64,000 nt of DNA from Octopus vulgaris (Eukaryota). The notes beneath the pieces were generated by a model. That model worked only from the letters and a program-made list of their open reading frames with translations. It was not told the origin of the DNA and did not search any database. The stretch covers positions 115,010,001 to 115,074,000 of the forward strand of contig OX597821.1 of the NCBI GenBank assembly GCA_951406725.2, given 5' to 3'. A program made the position numbers and the translations under genes. This document shows, one piece after another, positions 1 through 12,889 of the stretch (within the stretch, counting starts at the first letter, position 1; the number at the start of each line of letters is the position of its first letter).

Positions 1-1397
1 AGAAATCACTTTTTTTGTTCTTTTCTCTTTTTTTTTTCTATATTTTCTTATGTTTTCAATATCAGAATAACACTTCAAACGTATCTGATATTAAAACATG
101 TCGCTGACTTCGGATTACAAAGGAATACAGTTTATTTACAGAGTTAGAAGAATGGCCCTTTGGTCATATTAGAAACTAATATTCAACACTTGCTTCTTGA
201 AGTGTTTCTGATAATAGTTTCACCCAGTAACATATTGGGAAATATATTTCTCTCTTCAGATATGACCAGCAGTTTGGTTATGCAATGTTTTCAGATCTAA
301 ATAAATCAATAGAAGATGGTACAGAAGTGACCCCATCATCCTAGTTCAGGTGTTTGTGTTAAATTCACTTTGATGATTCACTGACAAAATGTCAAAGCTG
401 CCAAACATTAAAAAAAAAAATTCACTAAAAGTAGAAAATAAATTTCTCTAGTTCCAATGTCTCAGATAAACTCATCTGGTCTTTTTTTTTTTTTGTACCA
501 TTTTGCTTAACCATTTTGCATTTGAATTGGCCATATCCAACTCAAATATTCCTCCTGTTTTATGATCAAAACCAGCCAGATCAGGCCTCTCTCACCTACC
601 CTACAATGTCATTCTAAAAATATACAATCACACAATCACACAATCACACATTATCTCATAGCTTTGAGATTTCAATTAATTCAAAACAATGTGAATAAAT
701 GAATATTACATTTGACAGAATAATCTAAAGGGTTAAGAGACAATGGAATAACATGGGTTGCTGGGGCAGGAGACAAAGCAAGTATTATTCCTTCGAATAC
801 TTGGACCATTTTATTGATTAATTCTTTACTTTTTGATTTTCTTTCAAAAATTTTGAGCCCTTAAGCATTTTGCATCCAGGGTAACTGCTCCAATGGCTCA
901 CACAATGGTGTTGCTGAAGAGTCAAGCATACTCTGGCTTTCAAAAAAAATTCCATGTTTGAAAAATTAACCTATCAAGAGCTGGAGTATGCTAAGACACA
1001 ATCTGTTCTGTTCCACTGTACTTTAAGGAAAGAAATCTACTCACGGTTGTTATTGTCACCATCTTAGTCTGTTGAGTTCTTCAATTGGGCCTGCATTAAC
1101 CTACACATTAACCTAATCTTAGTTAAATTTAAGCAATGCCAACAGGTAGCAATGGTTCTCAGAAATTCCAGGTTGATGTCTGGTATGCTGGTAAACCTCT
1201 GGGAATGAGGCACCCCTTGGCTTTTGTTAAAGCAATGTCTCTAGAACCTACTTTAAATCTAGGCTAAGTCTGCTCTGATAATCAGCGGTGACTTAGTGAA
1301 TCCTCTGTAATGGTTGACAATTGGCAACAAGATGACCACAGTCTAATGATTGAAGCAAGTAAAAGATAAAAGATATATATATATATATATATGTATA

Positions 1398-1716
1398 TGA
1401 CTGGTTCCTCTGCCAGTGGCATGTAAAATGCACCGTCTGAAGGTGGCCAATGCCAGTGCCCCCTGACTGGCTCCCATGCCGATGGCACGTAAAAAGCACT
1501 ATCAAAATGTGAACAATGCAAGGCCTGCCTGACTGGCTCCTGTGCCGGTGGCATGTAAAAAGCACCCACTACACTCTCAGAGTGGTTGGCATTAGGAAGG
1601 GCATCCAGCTGTAGAAACATTGCCAGATCAGAATGGAGTCTGGTGCAGCTGCTGGTTTTCCAGACCTCAGTCAAACTGAACAACCCATTCCAGCTTAGAA
1701 AACGATGTTAAACAAT
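1398..1716 (+). mobile_element. SINE-like family C copy (internal ~65-bp tandem units, RTE-like 3' end)
   Basis: Contains gtgccggtggcatgtaaaaagcacccactacactctcagagtggttggcattaggaagggcatccagctgtagaaac, shared with more than 10 other copies in the window. Confidence 0.85.
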
Positions 1717-1754
1717 GCATATATATATATATATATTAGATGATGTACAGGTAT

Positions 1755-1956
1755 TATATATTAGAAGAAATGAGGTATTCATAAATCTGGATGGTTTTAT
1801 ATTTATAGATATTTATAAGTATGTTACATGTTTTTATAAATCATATATTAGCGCTGATATATGACATATGATTTATAAAAGCATGTAACATACTAATAAA
1901 TATCTGTAAATATAAAACCATCTAGATTTCTGAGTATCTCATTTCTTCTAATATAT
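1755..1956. repeat. ~200-bp imperfect palindrome (foldback) ending in a (TA)n tract
   Basis: Left arm tattagaagaaatgaggtattcataaatctggatggttttatattt... matches the reverse complement of the right arm ...aaatataaaaccatctagatttctgagtatctcatttcttctaata; centre agcgct at 1850-1855. Confidence 0.9.
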
Positions 1957-2073
1957 ATATATATATATGTGCAAATATATATGTGTGTATATATATGTAT
2001 ATATATATGTATATCATCATGCACATATGCAGTTATATATGTGTGCACACACATACACACACATGTGTATATA

Positions 2074-2116
<43 letters not shown>

Positions 2117-2395
2117 AAATGATGATAATGATACATAATGTCCTTTCATGTTAGCTTTTCCTTTTCAACCAAACAGAAGCTAAGTCTTTAAATTTACCAA
2201 TACTCTTTCCGCTAGTGCACCTTGTTACACTGTTTACTTTGTTATGAAAGGAACTGGTATTTATTCAACTTCCCATCTCTTGCTAAAAATCCATATTTCT
2301 GTCTTTATTTCACAAAAGAATCAAAATAACTGCTTAAAATAGATTTCTGTGGAAACGGTTACCTTTTAGTTTTTGTCTTTTATCTTTGTTTTCAG

Positions 2396-2457
2396 TGCAG
2401 CATGTATATAATTCCTTATTGTCTAAAATTACCAAAGAACTATTTGGAAGCAAATTG
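2396..2457 (+). other. candidate internal exon (62 nt), product unknown
   Basis: Long polypyrimidine tract ending ttttcag (2395) and donor TTG|gtaaga (2458); two frames are open (xQHVYNSLLSKITKELFGSKL or CSMYIIPYCLKLPKNYLEAN); no recognisable homology. Confidence 0.3.
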
Positions 2458-2994
2458 GTAAGAATAACAAAATAGACAAAACAAAAGAACTGAACCATTA
2501 TAAATTCTTAGATTTTTGTTGTTAGAGATTTTTTGGTCAAATATTTACAATATCATAATCTTTGATTGCCTGGAATTATTTGAAGCCTTCAATGGAAGCA
2601 AATATTTGTACATGTCTTTTATCTTTCATGTGTTTCAGTCATTGGATTGTGGCCATGCTGGGGCACCACCTTAAGAGACTTAGTCAAACAAATTGACTTT
2701 TCAGTCTGATACTTACTATATCAGTCTCTTCAGCTGAAGCGCTAAGTTACAGACACATAACTAGATCAAAACCAGTTGTCAGGCAGGAGGGAGATGCACA
2801 TGCACATATGCACATACACACATGTGCACAAGCATGCATATATGCATACAGGCACTTGTGAATATGCACATGACACATACACACATGCACACACAAATAC
2901 ACACATGCACATGTATCCATATGTACATGTGCACAAGTGCACTTGCACATACATGGAGGCACACACACATGCACACACATGAATACACATATAT

Positions 2995-3205
2995 TCTTTT
3001 CTACTTGGCACAAGGCCTGAAATTTTGGGTGAGTGGAGGCCAGTCAATTAGATCGACCCCAGTCCGTAACTGGTACTTAATTGACCCTGAAGAGATGACA
3101 GGCAAAGTCAACCTCGGCAGAAATTGAACTCAGAATGTAAAGACTGATGAAATACTGCTAAGCATTTCGCCCAGTATGCTAACGTTTCTGCCAACTCACT
3201 GCCTT
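2995..3205 (-). mobile_element. tRNA-derived SINE family A (MetaSINE-like central domain)
   Basis: Reverse complement of family A (tRNA-like head, gttgactttgcct...tcatc...aagtaccag domain). Confidence 0.85.
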
Positions 3206-4197
3206 TGAACACACATATACGACACAACACTGTTTTTGAGAAGGAATGTAAAATGGATTTTGGACAGGCTTTCTGTCAGTGATCTTCTAATGCATTGGTT
3301 CATAGGGACAGCACTTGAAGATTTCTTCTTCATGTAATTGTATCCAGAAAGAATCAGCTTGCTAAAGTCAATCTAACAATACACCTGGTGGATTTGAACT
3401 CTTTTCTTCTAGTTACCAAAGTATTTGTCAATCAAATGTGGTGAAGCATACCACAGTTTAAAAAAAATTCTTTTTTGAATTAAGAAAATGGAATTCTGTA
3501 TTTGTTTGGCATGGAGGAAAGAGCTGTCTGCTATGCTTTTGTTGACCCACTTTTGTAATTATTTCCAATATAAACTGTTACGTCCCTTAACCACGGACAT
3601 AACAACACAGTGCTGGTAGCAGGAAATGAGCCATGCACGCTTTGGTCAAAGGTTTGACTCTGTTATCTAGCTGGTCAACAGCAGTGCTGAAAAGCATGGA
3701 TTCTGAATCCTAGTTTATTTATTTGGCTTTCTCTATTCTTTACAAAATGTACGCAGCTTGTTTTACACTCAATGGCTACAGTAGACTGCACCAGGCGTCA
3801 GTTTTTTTGCCCAGTTGTGTTAGGGTGATGTGTTAATGGCTCTAAAATATAATTAGGGTGTGACAATTCCAATAAAACGTTCTGTGTATCGATAAACAAA
3901 GAAATGAATGTACGAGACAATTAGTCTGTGATCAAATATGAATCCATATCGGCAGAAAAAATAATAAAGGACAAAACCATGAATTAGTGTTATTCATTGA
4001 TTCACCTTTTAGACACGCCATGTTAACTTGTATTGGGGGAATATTATACATTTTTAATTCCTTCAGCCTTAACTAGTGATAATGTTTGTTTTTCATTTTT
4101 GTTTGGTCTGTTGGGAATTCTTAAATTTATTCATTCTCATAGGACATTCAAAATTTCAAATGCCATTAGGAGGAAACATTAGACTTGTCTTCTATTC

Positions 4198-4262
<65 letters not shown>

Positions 4263-4356
4263 TCATTATTATCATTATCATCATTATTAACATTATTCAA
4301 TTCTGAATTATTTATATTTGCCTTTTATACAATACATAATATACAAATGCCTATAA

Positions 4357-4392
<36 letters not shown>

Positions 4393-4517
4393 CAAACAAA
4401 ACAAAACATATAGAAGTGTACATATGTGTACATATGTGTATGTATGTGTACTATGCAAAACATTAAATACAAATGTATACACGTGTGTGTGTGTATATAT
4501 ATATGTGTGTATATATA

Positions 4518-4571
<54 letters not shown>

Positions 4572-5159
4572 GAAATAAGCGCTATACAGAACACATCCAC
4601 ATTATACAAAAAACATTATACAAAGCATATATAGAAACTCCTGTAAAGTGATTAATTAGTGGCCACTATTGATTATGGATGGTAAAACCATCAGTCAGTT
4701 TGAGCCAGTTTAAACCAACTTTCAATTATGACTTAGATAAACTAACAAGATTATAGACTCGTTAAAAGCATCCATTAGCACAACTTTGATAATCTGTTGT
4801 TAATATGAAATCACTGACATTTTTCTACTTCCATAATTATATTGGAAAGTGAAGAATATAAATGATAAGCTCTGTGTCGTTCCCCCACTCTCTCTCTCTC
4901 TCTCTCTCTCTTTGTCATGGATGAGTTGTTGCTCTTCTTGCGTTCAGGTTAGAATCCGTTACTGACTGGAGGAAAGATTGTGATATTGAGATAAGCATAG
5001 TTCAGCATTTCTCTCCTGTATTCACCGCCACCACCATTGCAAGCAGCATCACTAACTTTGTCATCATCACTGTTGCCATCCTTGTTGCCATTACCATTTC
5101 TGGTGCCTTCACTGCCATCATCACTCTCTATTACTGTCCTCGTCACCATTTCAATTTTT

Positions 5160-5850
5160 GTCTGCCAGTACAAATTGGACATTTCTTATAATCCAGTCCT
5201 GTTCTTTGGTCATCTTTATGACAGACCTATCATGTTTTCTTGGAACTGACCATTCTATGTTATCTCCATACAGTGAAATGTAATTGCTTGAGTTCTGACC
5301 TTACCATTCCATTCAAAGATTTCCTACTCATACATCCACTTGGCAACTTACCATTTTCACTTGTTTTGTAAATAAATAAAATGTAAATAACACCAAAGAG
5401 CTATTAAGAGGCAGCACTTGGCTCCATTTTCACAGTGTGATGAGAACAAGAGATAAATATTCTTCTGGGAATGGTACTAGTCTTTCTCTAATAACATTAC
5501 CAGATGTTCTGTTACAATATCTAATTTACCACTTTATTTCTCTTCCATTCTATGCTGCCATTTTGATCTCATTCTTTTCCTCTTCATGCGTCATTCAAGT
5601 CTTTTAATGCAAAGTCACTTTTCCATTTACTTTTCTTTAATATTCTCACAAATTCTACGCATCTCTCTCGAAATCTCCCACATTTTCCTCTGACTCACCA
5701 GATTACATTGTGTAGGACTTTGTCAAATGCCTTCTGCAGATCAAAAAATGCAACATTGAGCACTCATAGTGCCCAATTTTGAAAGAAACCCAAACATCAT
5801 ACCTAAACCTGTACTTGCTTCACTATGATTGTTGTTCTCCTTAGGTACTC
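5160..5850 (-). pseudogene. degenerate LINE reverse transcriptase fragment
   Basis: Minus strand 5755-5710 reads VAFFDLQKAFDKVLH (RT DxxKAFDxV motif); a QYGFR-like remnant lies near 5800-5820; many stops; boundaries approximate. Confidence 0.7.
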
Positions 5851-5914
5851 ATCATCATCATTGTTTAACATGTTTTCTATGCTGGTATGGGTTGCATTAT
5901 ATATAATATATATA

Positions 5915-6087
5915 TATATCCATTACATTATTTACATTTGATGGATCTTTGTCCTCATCTTGTTTGTTGTTAACACAATGTTTTGGCTGATATATCCTCC
6001 AGCCTTCATCAGGTGTCTTGAGGAAATTTCAAACCTGGGTTCTCATTCCTAAGATATTTTTCGATGTTGTCATTATTATTATTATTA
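5915..6087 (-). mobile_element. family D (tRNA-head SINE with hammerhead-like tail), tail part only
   Basis: Minus strand gacac-ctgatga-a-ggctg-gaggatatat-cagcc-aaaacatt-gtgtt (CpG-decayed HHR); interrupted at its (AAT)n linker by a Helitron. Confidence 0.8.
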
Positions 6088-7106
6088 TTAGCATTAAAGA
6101 CCCGTCGTTGCCGGGTCATAGTGCTAGTGCATGTATATATGTGTATATATATGTGTACATATTACATGTACATCTATATATATACATCTACACATAAAAT
6201 ACAAAATACACAGTTATATCTTGATATCGCTAGTGATAACAATACTCAAAATATATAACAGACTGGAATTGTTAGCCCGTCTCTTGTAATTTCGATCAAT
6301 TGTATCTTGTCCTCCCTCTCGTATAGAAGTGTGGCTACAATCCAGCCTACCTATACTTCAGCAGGGGGGGGCATTAAAAATTTTTTTCCGGGACGTCCTA
6401 CGTCCCAGATATAAAGGTAAAAATAAAATATTTCCACTTTGCAAGTTCGAGTCGAGTACTCCCTTGTACGCTCTGTTGACTCGAACCTTGCTTCTATTGT
6501 GGCGAATTTACCACCTCTGATTAGATACCTTTCATAGTCGCACCAAGACACTTTTCAAAGATGCTTTCCTCCATGTGTTCAAATCTTCTTTTTTATAGAC
6601 AATAGTCTTTTCTTTAATTTAATTTTTTATTATCCATCTGGACTATTCCATTTCTGCACGCTAATTTTATTTTTAATTTATTCCCATTCATGTGAAACCA
6701 CTTATTCAAGTTCAAGTCATTGATGCAATTTTATACCAGTTGCTATTTTTACTTTTTTTTTTATGTTACGATTATATTATACTTTAGTTTGATTTTAATT
6801 ATTACTTACTACATATAATTCAATTGTTACTATTTTTTTAATTGTTAAAGTGAAAGTATCTGAGATAAAATAGAGAAATGTTTTTGTTTCACTTTTAACA
6901 CGTAATACTGGAATAGTGGAGAAGATATGATATTGCTATGGGCTCGCTCTAGGCAAGAAGTTGAACATTTTTTTTTGCCCATGAAACTACATGGACCCTA
7001 AGTAAGGCATGTGTAAAATTTGAATGAAATTGGTTGTGTAGTTCTCAAGTTTTAGGGAAACACACAGACAGACAGACACACATTCTCAGTTTTATATATA
7101 TAAAGA
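6088..7106 (-). mobile_element. non-autonomous Helitron (~1.02 kb)
   Basis: Minus strand starts A|TCTTTATATATATAAAACTGAGAATGTGTGTCTGTCTG and ends with hairpin GACCCG-gcaacga-CGGGTC, then tttaatg-CTAA|T; inserted between A and T in a (TTA)n tract. Confidence 0.75.
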
Positions 7107-8364
7107 TTATTATTATTATTATTATTCAGACGTGTATACCCACGTCACAACGGAAATCATTCTTTCCAGTGACTGTTGTATTTCCTACATTGATGCCCCA
7201 TATCTTTAGCACAGGTTTTTCAACCACATTACTGTAACTCACTTGTGTGTCGCAAGTTTTAGAGGCAAGCCAGAAACTGCCAGGATGTTTTAGAAAGCTT
7301 GAATATGTTTAATGCACAAGTGTTCCTTTTTGCATGGGGGTTCTTTTATGGTAAAGCATCTAATGAATGCATTTATCGCTTTTAAAATAATTTCAATAAA
7401 CATTAAAAAATTTTTTTCTATGAATTTTTAAAAGGCTGATTATACACCATAATATATTTTATACTTTTTCCAATGTGCTGTGGGAGGGACAGATTAAAAA
7501 TTGGTGCCATAGCATCAATGTAGGTACAGTGAGAAGGTTGATAAGAAACAGTATAAAAATAACAGGTCTGAAATGAAAAAATATATAAACTGGAAAAGAC
7601 GCTTTTTTTTAGGGTTGGTTTGTCTCTCAGTTTAACACTACCATCTAATTCTTGGGACTCACAGTGTAGTCCTGCTTCTATAGCATCAAATCTAGTCAAG
7701 AAATGCGAGACGTTAAAACGGTAGATTCACTGAAAAGAGATGATAGATAATAAACCTGTTATTAAAATGGGTTTGGAATGAAAAACATATAAAACTGAAA
7801 AGAAGCTCCTTTGAGTGATAGATGTAGTAATTCTCCTGGTTTAATACCATCACCTGACTCTTGCATTCTTGCAATCCATTTTGTTGTAGGCATTTGGACT
7901 AAGTCTTGAATCTGAGGATCACTTCCTGTCTACAATCAGGTAGACCCGTAGAAAAGGTCAGAAGCACAGCTCCCTCTTTTCTAACCCCTAACCCTCAATC
8001 ATAAATCAAGTTTATCCATTTAATTTATTCTTTTTCAATATTTATATAATGATTTACTCAGACCATGTTGCTGATAGCTTGTTGACCTAAGATATTAAGC
8101 TAATCTAGTCATGATCAATTAAGCTAATCTAATTCAATTAAGAGGCACAAAGTTGATCTATTCATAAAATGTTTGAACTCCTGCATCAAGGTCAAATCGG
8201 CAACTAGAAAAATCAATCAACCATATATATTTATTGAAGAATTTCATAAGTAATGAGCTTTTTGTTGGGAAAAGATTTAACAGGAGTAGTATGTTTGGAA
8301 AACACAAAAAGAATTTGATGGTAACCATAGTAACAGCAACTGCATGCAATAACAATAATCTCAG

Positions 8365-8912
8365 GCCCTTGACAGAGCAGCTAACCGGCTTCCGTGCCAG
8401 TGGCACTTAAAACGCACCATTCGAGCATGATCGTTACCAGTGCCGCCTTACTGGCACTCGAGCCCCATGCTAGTAGGGTATTAAGAGCACCATCCGACCG
8501 TGATCATTGCCAGAACAGCTATCTGGCCTCCGTGCCGGTGGCACGTAAAAGACACCATTCGACCGTGATCGTTACCAGCATCACCTTATTGGCACCTGTG
8601 CCAGTGGTACGTATAACAGATTCAAGCGAGGTCGTTGCCAGTACCGCGTGACTGGCCCCATGCCGGTGGCACATAAAAGGCACCATTTGAGCTTGGCCGT
8701 TGCCAGTACTGCCTGACTGGCCCTGCGCCGGTGGCGTGTAAAAGCACCCACTACACTCTCAGAGTGGTTGGCATTAGGAAGGGCATCCAGCTGTAGAAAC
8801 TCTGCCAGATCAAGATTGAAGCCTGGTGCAGCCATCTGGTTCACCAGCCCTCAGTTATTCGTCCAACCCATGCTAGCATGGAAAGCAGACGTTAAACGAT
8901 GATGATGATGAT
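8365..8912 (+). mobile_element. SINE-like family C, long copy with about 6-7 internal tandem units and (GAT)n tail
   Basis: Repeated gtgccggtggcacgtaaaa...caccattcgag...gttgccagt units, then the conserved 3' end ...ccatgctagcatggaaagcagacgttaaacgatgatgatg. Confidence 0.9.
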
Positions 8913-8944
8913 GTGTGACATTTTGGTTACATCTTTAGCCCCAG

Positions 8945-9262
8945 AATGGGTGTTGTGAGTGTTTATTGAGCGAAAATACCTAAAGTTCCACGAGGCTCCG
9001 GCAGGGGATGGTGGTGATCCCTGCTGTACTTTTTCACCACAACTTTCTCTCACTCTTACTTCCTGTTTCTATTGTACCTGTATTTCAAAGGGCCGGCCAT
9101 GTCACTCTCTGTGTCACGCTGAATATCCCCGAGAACTACGTTAAGGGTACACGTGTCTGTGGAGTGCTCAGCCACTTACACGTTAATTTCACGAGCAGGC
9201 TGTTCCGTTGATTCGGATCAACCGGAACCCTCGTCGTCGGAACCGACGGAGTGCTTCCCATC
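8945..9262 (+). mobile_element. interspersed repeat, 3' body of a V-domain-like SINE family
   Basis: gagaactacgttaagggt...tctgtggagtgctcagccactt...aatttcacgagcaggctgttccgttga matches reverse-complement copies at ~23975-24280 and ~49845-50140. Confidence 0.7.
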
Positions 9263-9747
9263 CACATCTTTAGCATCTGTTGTGCTGTGAATGAAAAATG
9301 ATCTTGTTTATCAATATTGACTGCATTAACTTTGGTTTATGAAGTTGTCTTCATATTACTTTGATTGATAATTCATTAGCAAACTTTAGATTGAATTTGG
9401 CTGTTGAAGAATATTGAGTATTGTTTGTCCAGAGAACCGATAATGGTAACAATTATTTACAGTTTTGATGTTTTGTGTTGTTTCTAATAAAATCTTCTAT
9501 CTGATTGACTTGTCATAATTATATTATCCGATACCATTGATCAGTGAATGGAAATAGAGATGATGAAGAAATGAAGTTTTAGAGATAAATTTGTCTTTGT
9601 TTTTTTATTTTCAAAAAAAGAGAAGATATTTCCATTTATTTGAAATCTTGAATCACAAAACTATTTAGTAACTGATATTGAAGAAGGAAATAATGTTGTC
9701 TATGACAGCATTTTAAGTCAGTAAATTATAATACATCATCATTATTA

Positions 9748-10157
9748 TTTTTCCTTCTTTCTTCAAATTTTCTTCCGTTTCGTGCCAAATGTTTTCCATA
9801 CACCTAGGGCAGAGAAGCTCATTGTATGCATTCCCAGATTACACACGCAAATTCACAGGTGAAATATGTATTTAAAAAATTAATGAATAAGTAAATTCAT
9901 GAATGGATATTGTTTTCACAGCGATAACGCTCTTCTCAGCACATGAGCTGTTCCAGTTAACACAATTTTTTGCACTTCCTGTAGGGATGGTTGGCCTGGA
10001 ATCATTTTCAAATAGGTTTCAGTACCTTTCTTTTATCATTCCTAGAGCTCCTGCAATCACTGGTACTGTAGTCGCCCTGAGATGCCACATATTTTCAATT
10101 TCCATTAGCAAGTCCTTATATTTAGTAATCTTGTCAAATTTTGTCAAATTCTTTCGC

Positions 10158-10159
<2 letters not shown>
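9748..10159 (-). pseudogene. 5'-truncated R4/Dong-like non-LTR retrotransposon (RLE endonuclease C-terminus plus 3' UTR)
   Basis: Minus translation FDKITKYKDLLMEIENMWHLRATTVPVIAGALGMIK, a frameshift, then KGTETYLKMIPGQPSLQEVQKIVLTGTAHVLRRALSL* (stop 9916-9918); flanked by (TTA)n. Confidence 0.8.
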
Positions 10160-10220
<61 letters not shown>

Positions 10221-10522
10221 GGTGGCAAGCTGGCTGAATTGTTAACAAGCTGGGTGAAATATTTAGCATATTTTGAAACCATTATTATTGTTATTATTAA
10301 GACAGTGAGCCTGCAGGATCATTGGCTTGCTGGGTAAGATGCTTTGAGGTATCTTGTCTGTCTTTAGGTTCTCAGGTTAAATTCCACTGAGGTCAGCTTT
10401 GCCGTTAATCCTTTCAGAGTTGATGAAATTGGTACCAGTCGAATACTGGGGTTGATCGAATTGACCAGCCCCCTACCATAAATTTTCAGGTCTTGTGCTT
10501 ATAGTAGAAAAGATTTTTATTA

Positions 10523-10855
10523 TTGTGGCATGTAAAAAGCACCATTCGAGTGTGATCAATGCCAGTGACATGTAAAAAGCACCTTTCGAGTGTGGTCGAT
10601 GCCAGTGCCGGCTGACTGGACCCATGTCAGTGACATGTAAAAAGCACCATTTGAGTGTGGCTGGTGCCAGTGACTGGCCCTCATGCCGGTGGCACATAAC
10701 ACCAACCACTCTCGGAGTGGTTGGTGTTAGGAAGGACATCCAGCTGTAGAAACATTGCCAGATCGGATTGAAGCCTGGTGCAGCCTCCTGGCTCACCAGT
10801 CCTCAGTCAAACCGTCCAACCCATGCCAGCACGGAAAACAGATGTCAAACGACAA
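10523..10855 (+). mobile_element. SINE-like family C copy
   Basis: Internal tandem units plus the ggaaggacatccagctgtagaaac...gtccaacccatgccagc tail. Confidence 0.85.
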
Positions 10856-12339
10856 TATTGATGGTTTATTAATTATTATTTAATTATAACATTAGGTTTG
10901 GTCAACTATTCTGTCATTACTTTGTCAAGTTAGACGTGTGTAATTTTCCGAAAAAACTAATTTATTAAATATTTTTGTTTCTTTATTTTGTGGTTTTCTT
11001 TATCAAGAATTGTCTTTGATAAAACATTTATTAATTTAGCTTCCACAGCAAATAACGTTTTTCTTCTGAATTCTTCAAATAGGTATCTCTTATAATTAAA
11101 AAAAAATAACAAATAATTATAGCAGCGATTATTAATTAAATATTTTTTAATTGCTTTTTCATAATTTTTTTTTACCATTTCTTTGAAATAATTATTGCAC
11201 ACAAAAACCAAACATAACTACATACTTATACACAGATATATATACACATAAAAGCAGACACAATTATACATATACAAGCGCATACATACATATACACACT
11301 TATATACACGCATACACAGACATTCATATGTACACATATATACATGTGTGTATGCACATATACATGTACATGCATATGCATGCATGCATATACATATATA
11401 CATATTTAAATGCACACATATACAGACATATCCAAACTTATACATACACATACATCTGTACACCAGTATACACGTACATGCATTATTTTTAAGACCATAT
11501 TTTTTTTTCAAAAATTTTATTTTCAATATAAATTTTTTATATCCATTAATCAATATAAATAAAATATTAATGGCTCTCAAACAGTAATTATCATATCGAG
11601 GAGTTTTGATTTTTGGTAAACTTGTCCATCAAATTCCATAATAGGCAATACCTATATTGATTTCAAATTTTAGTACGAGGCCAGCAATTTTGGGGGAGAG
11701 GGTAAGTGGATTACATCAACCCTGGTACACAACTGGTACTTATTTTATGCACCCCAGAAAGATAAAAGGCAAAGTCGACCTTGGTGGAATTTGAACTCAG
11801 AATGTAAGGATGGATAGAATGAGTGTGCTAATGATTTTGCCAGCTTGTCGCCTTCAGCAATACTTATATTGGCTTCTGTCAGGTATGTGAGAACCTCTAA
11901 GTGGTCGTTTCCATTGCTGAAAATAATAGTCAAATCTGTCTCAGATCACATTTTCCTGTTTTTTTTTTTTTTTAATATATAATAAACGAAATGAAGTTCT
12001 CGGGGGCTTTATGTCAGATAAAAAGATGGAGAAGTAATGACTGGTACACTTTTGATTAGGGGCTGCCCCGGGGATATATGATGACAAAAGTCAATTATTT
12101 CTTTTAGTTTTTATTTTTTGCAGTTATTAGACTGTGGTCATGCTGGGGCACAACCTCGAAGAACTTTTAGCTGAATGAGTGGATCCCAGTATTGCATTTT
12201 TTTAAAACCTGGAACTTATTTTATTTGTTTATTTTGCTGAACTGTCAAGTCATGGGGACATAAACATATCAACACTGGTTGTTAAGCACACACACACACA
12301 TCTATATAGATATATACCAATATATAAATGAAAGTGGTT

Positions 12340-12510
12340 TTACGTTCTGAGTTCAAATTCCGCTGAGGTTGACTTTGCCTTTCATCCTTTTGGGGTCGAT
12401 TAAATAAGTACCAGTCACGCACTGGGATCGATGTAATTGACTTAATCCCTTTGTCTGCCCTTGTTTGTCCCCTCTATGTTTAGCCCCCTGTAGGCAATAA
12501 AGAAATAAAT
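12340..12510 (+). mobile_element. SINE family A, 5'-truncated
   Basis: gttctgagttcaaattccgctgaggttgactttgcctttcatcc...aagtaccag...aaagaaata. Confidence 0.85.
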
Positions 12511-12555
12511 ATATAAATCAAAGGTAGGACAGGAAGAACAACAAAAAACAATATA

Positions 12556-12851
12556 CAGTTCTATATTTATGAGATGAGGAATTATGTACATTATTTACCT
12601 TATTTACATTATTTACATTTGGAGGATATTTGTCCTCATCTCATGTGTTGTTAACACAACACTTCAGCTGATATACCCTCCAGCCTTCTTCAGGTGTCTT
12701 GGGGAAGTTTCAAACCTGGGTTCTCATTCCTAAGGTAGTTTTTGATATTATTCTTATTAACCACTATGCCATATGCCCATGGGCATATGGCATAGTGGTT
12801 CAGAGCACAGGCTACTAACCCCAAGATTCCGAGTTCGATTCCAGGCAGTGT

Positions 12852-12889
<38 letters not shown>

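Noticed and set aside
8365-8760. CRISPR-like repeat-spacer array
   Set aside because: Eukaryotic context; the 'spacers' are homologous to each other, the repeats are degenerate and no cas genes are present
8581-8844. Recurring ORF 'LAEFLQLDALPNANHSESVVGAF' seen at many loci
   Set aside because: Antisense translation of the family C SINE tail, not a gene family
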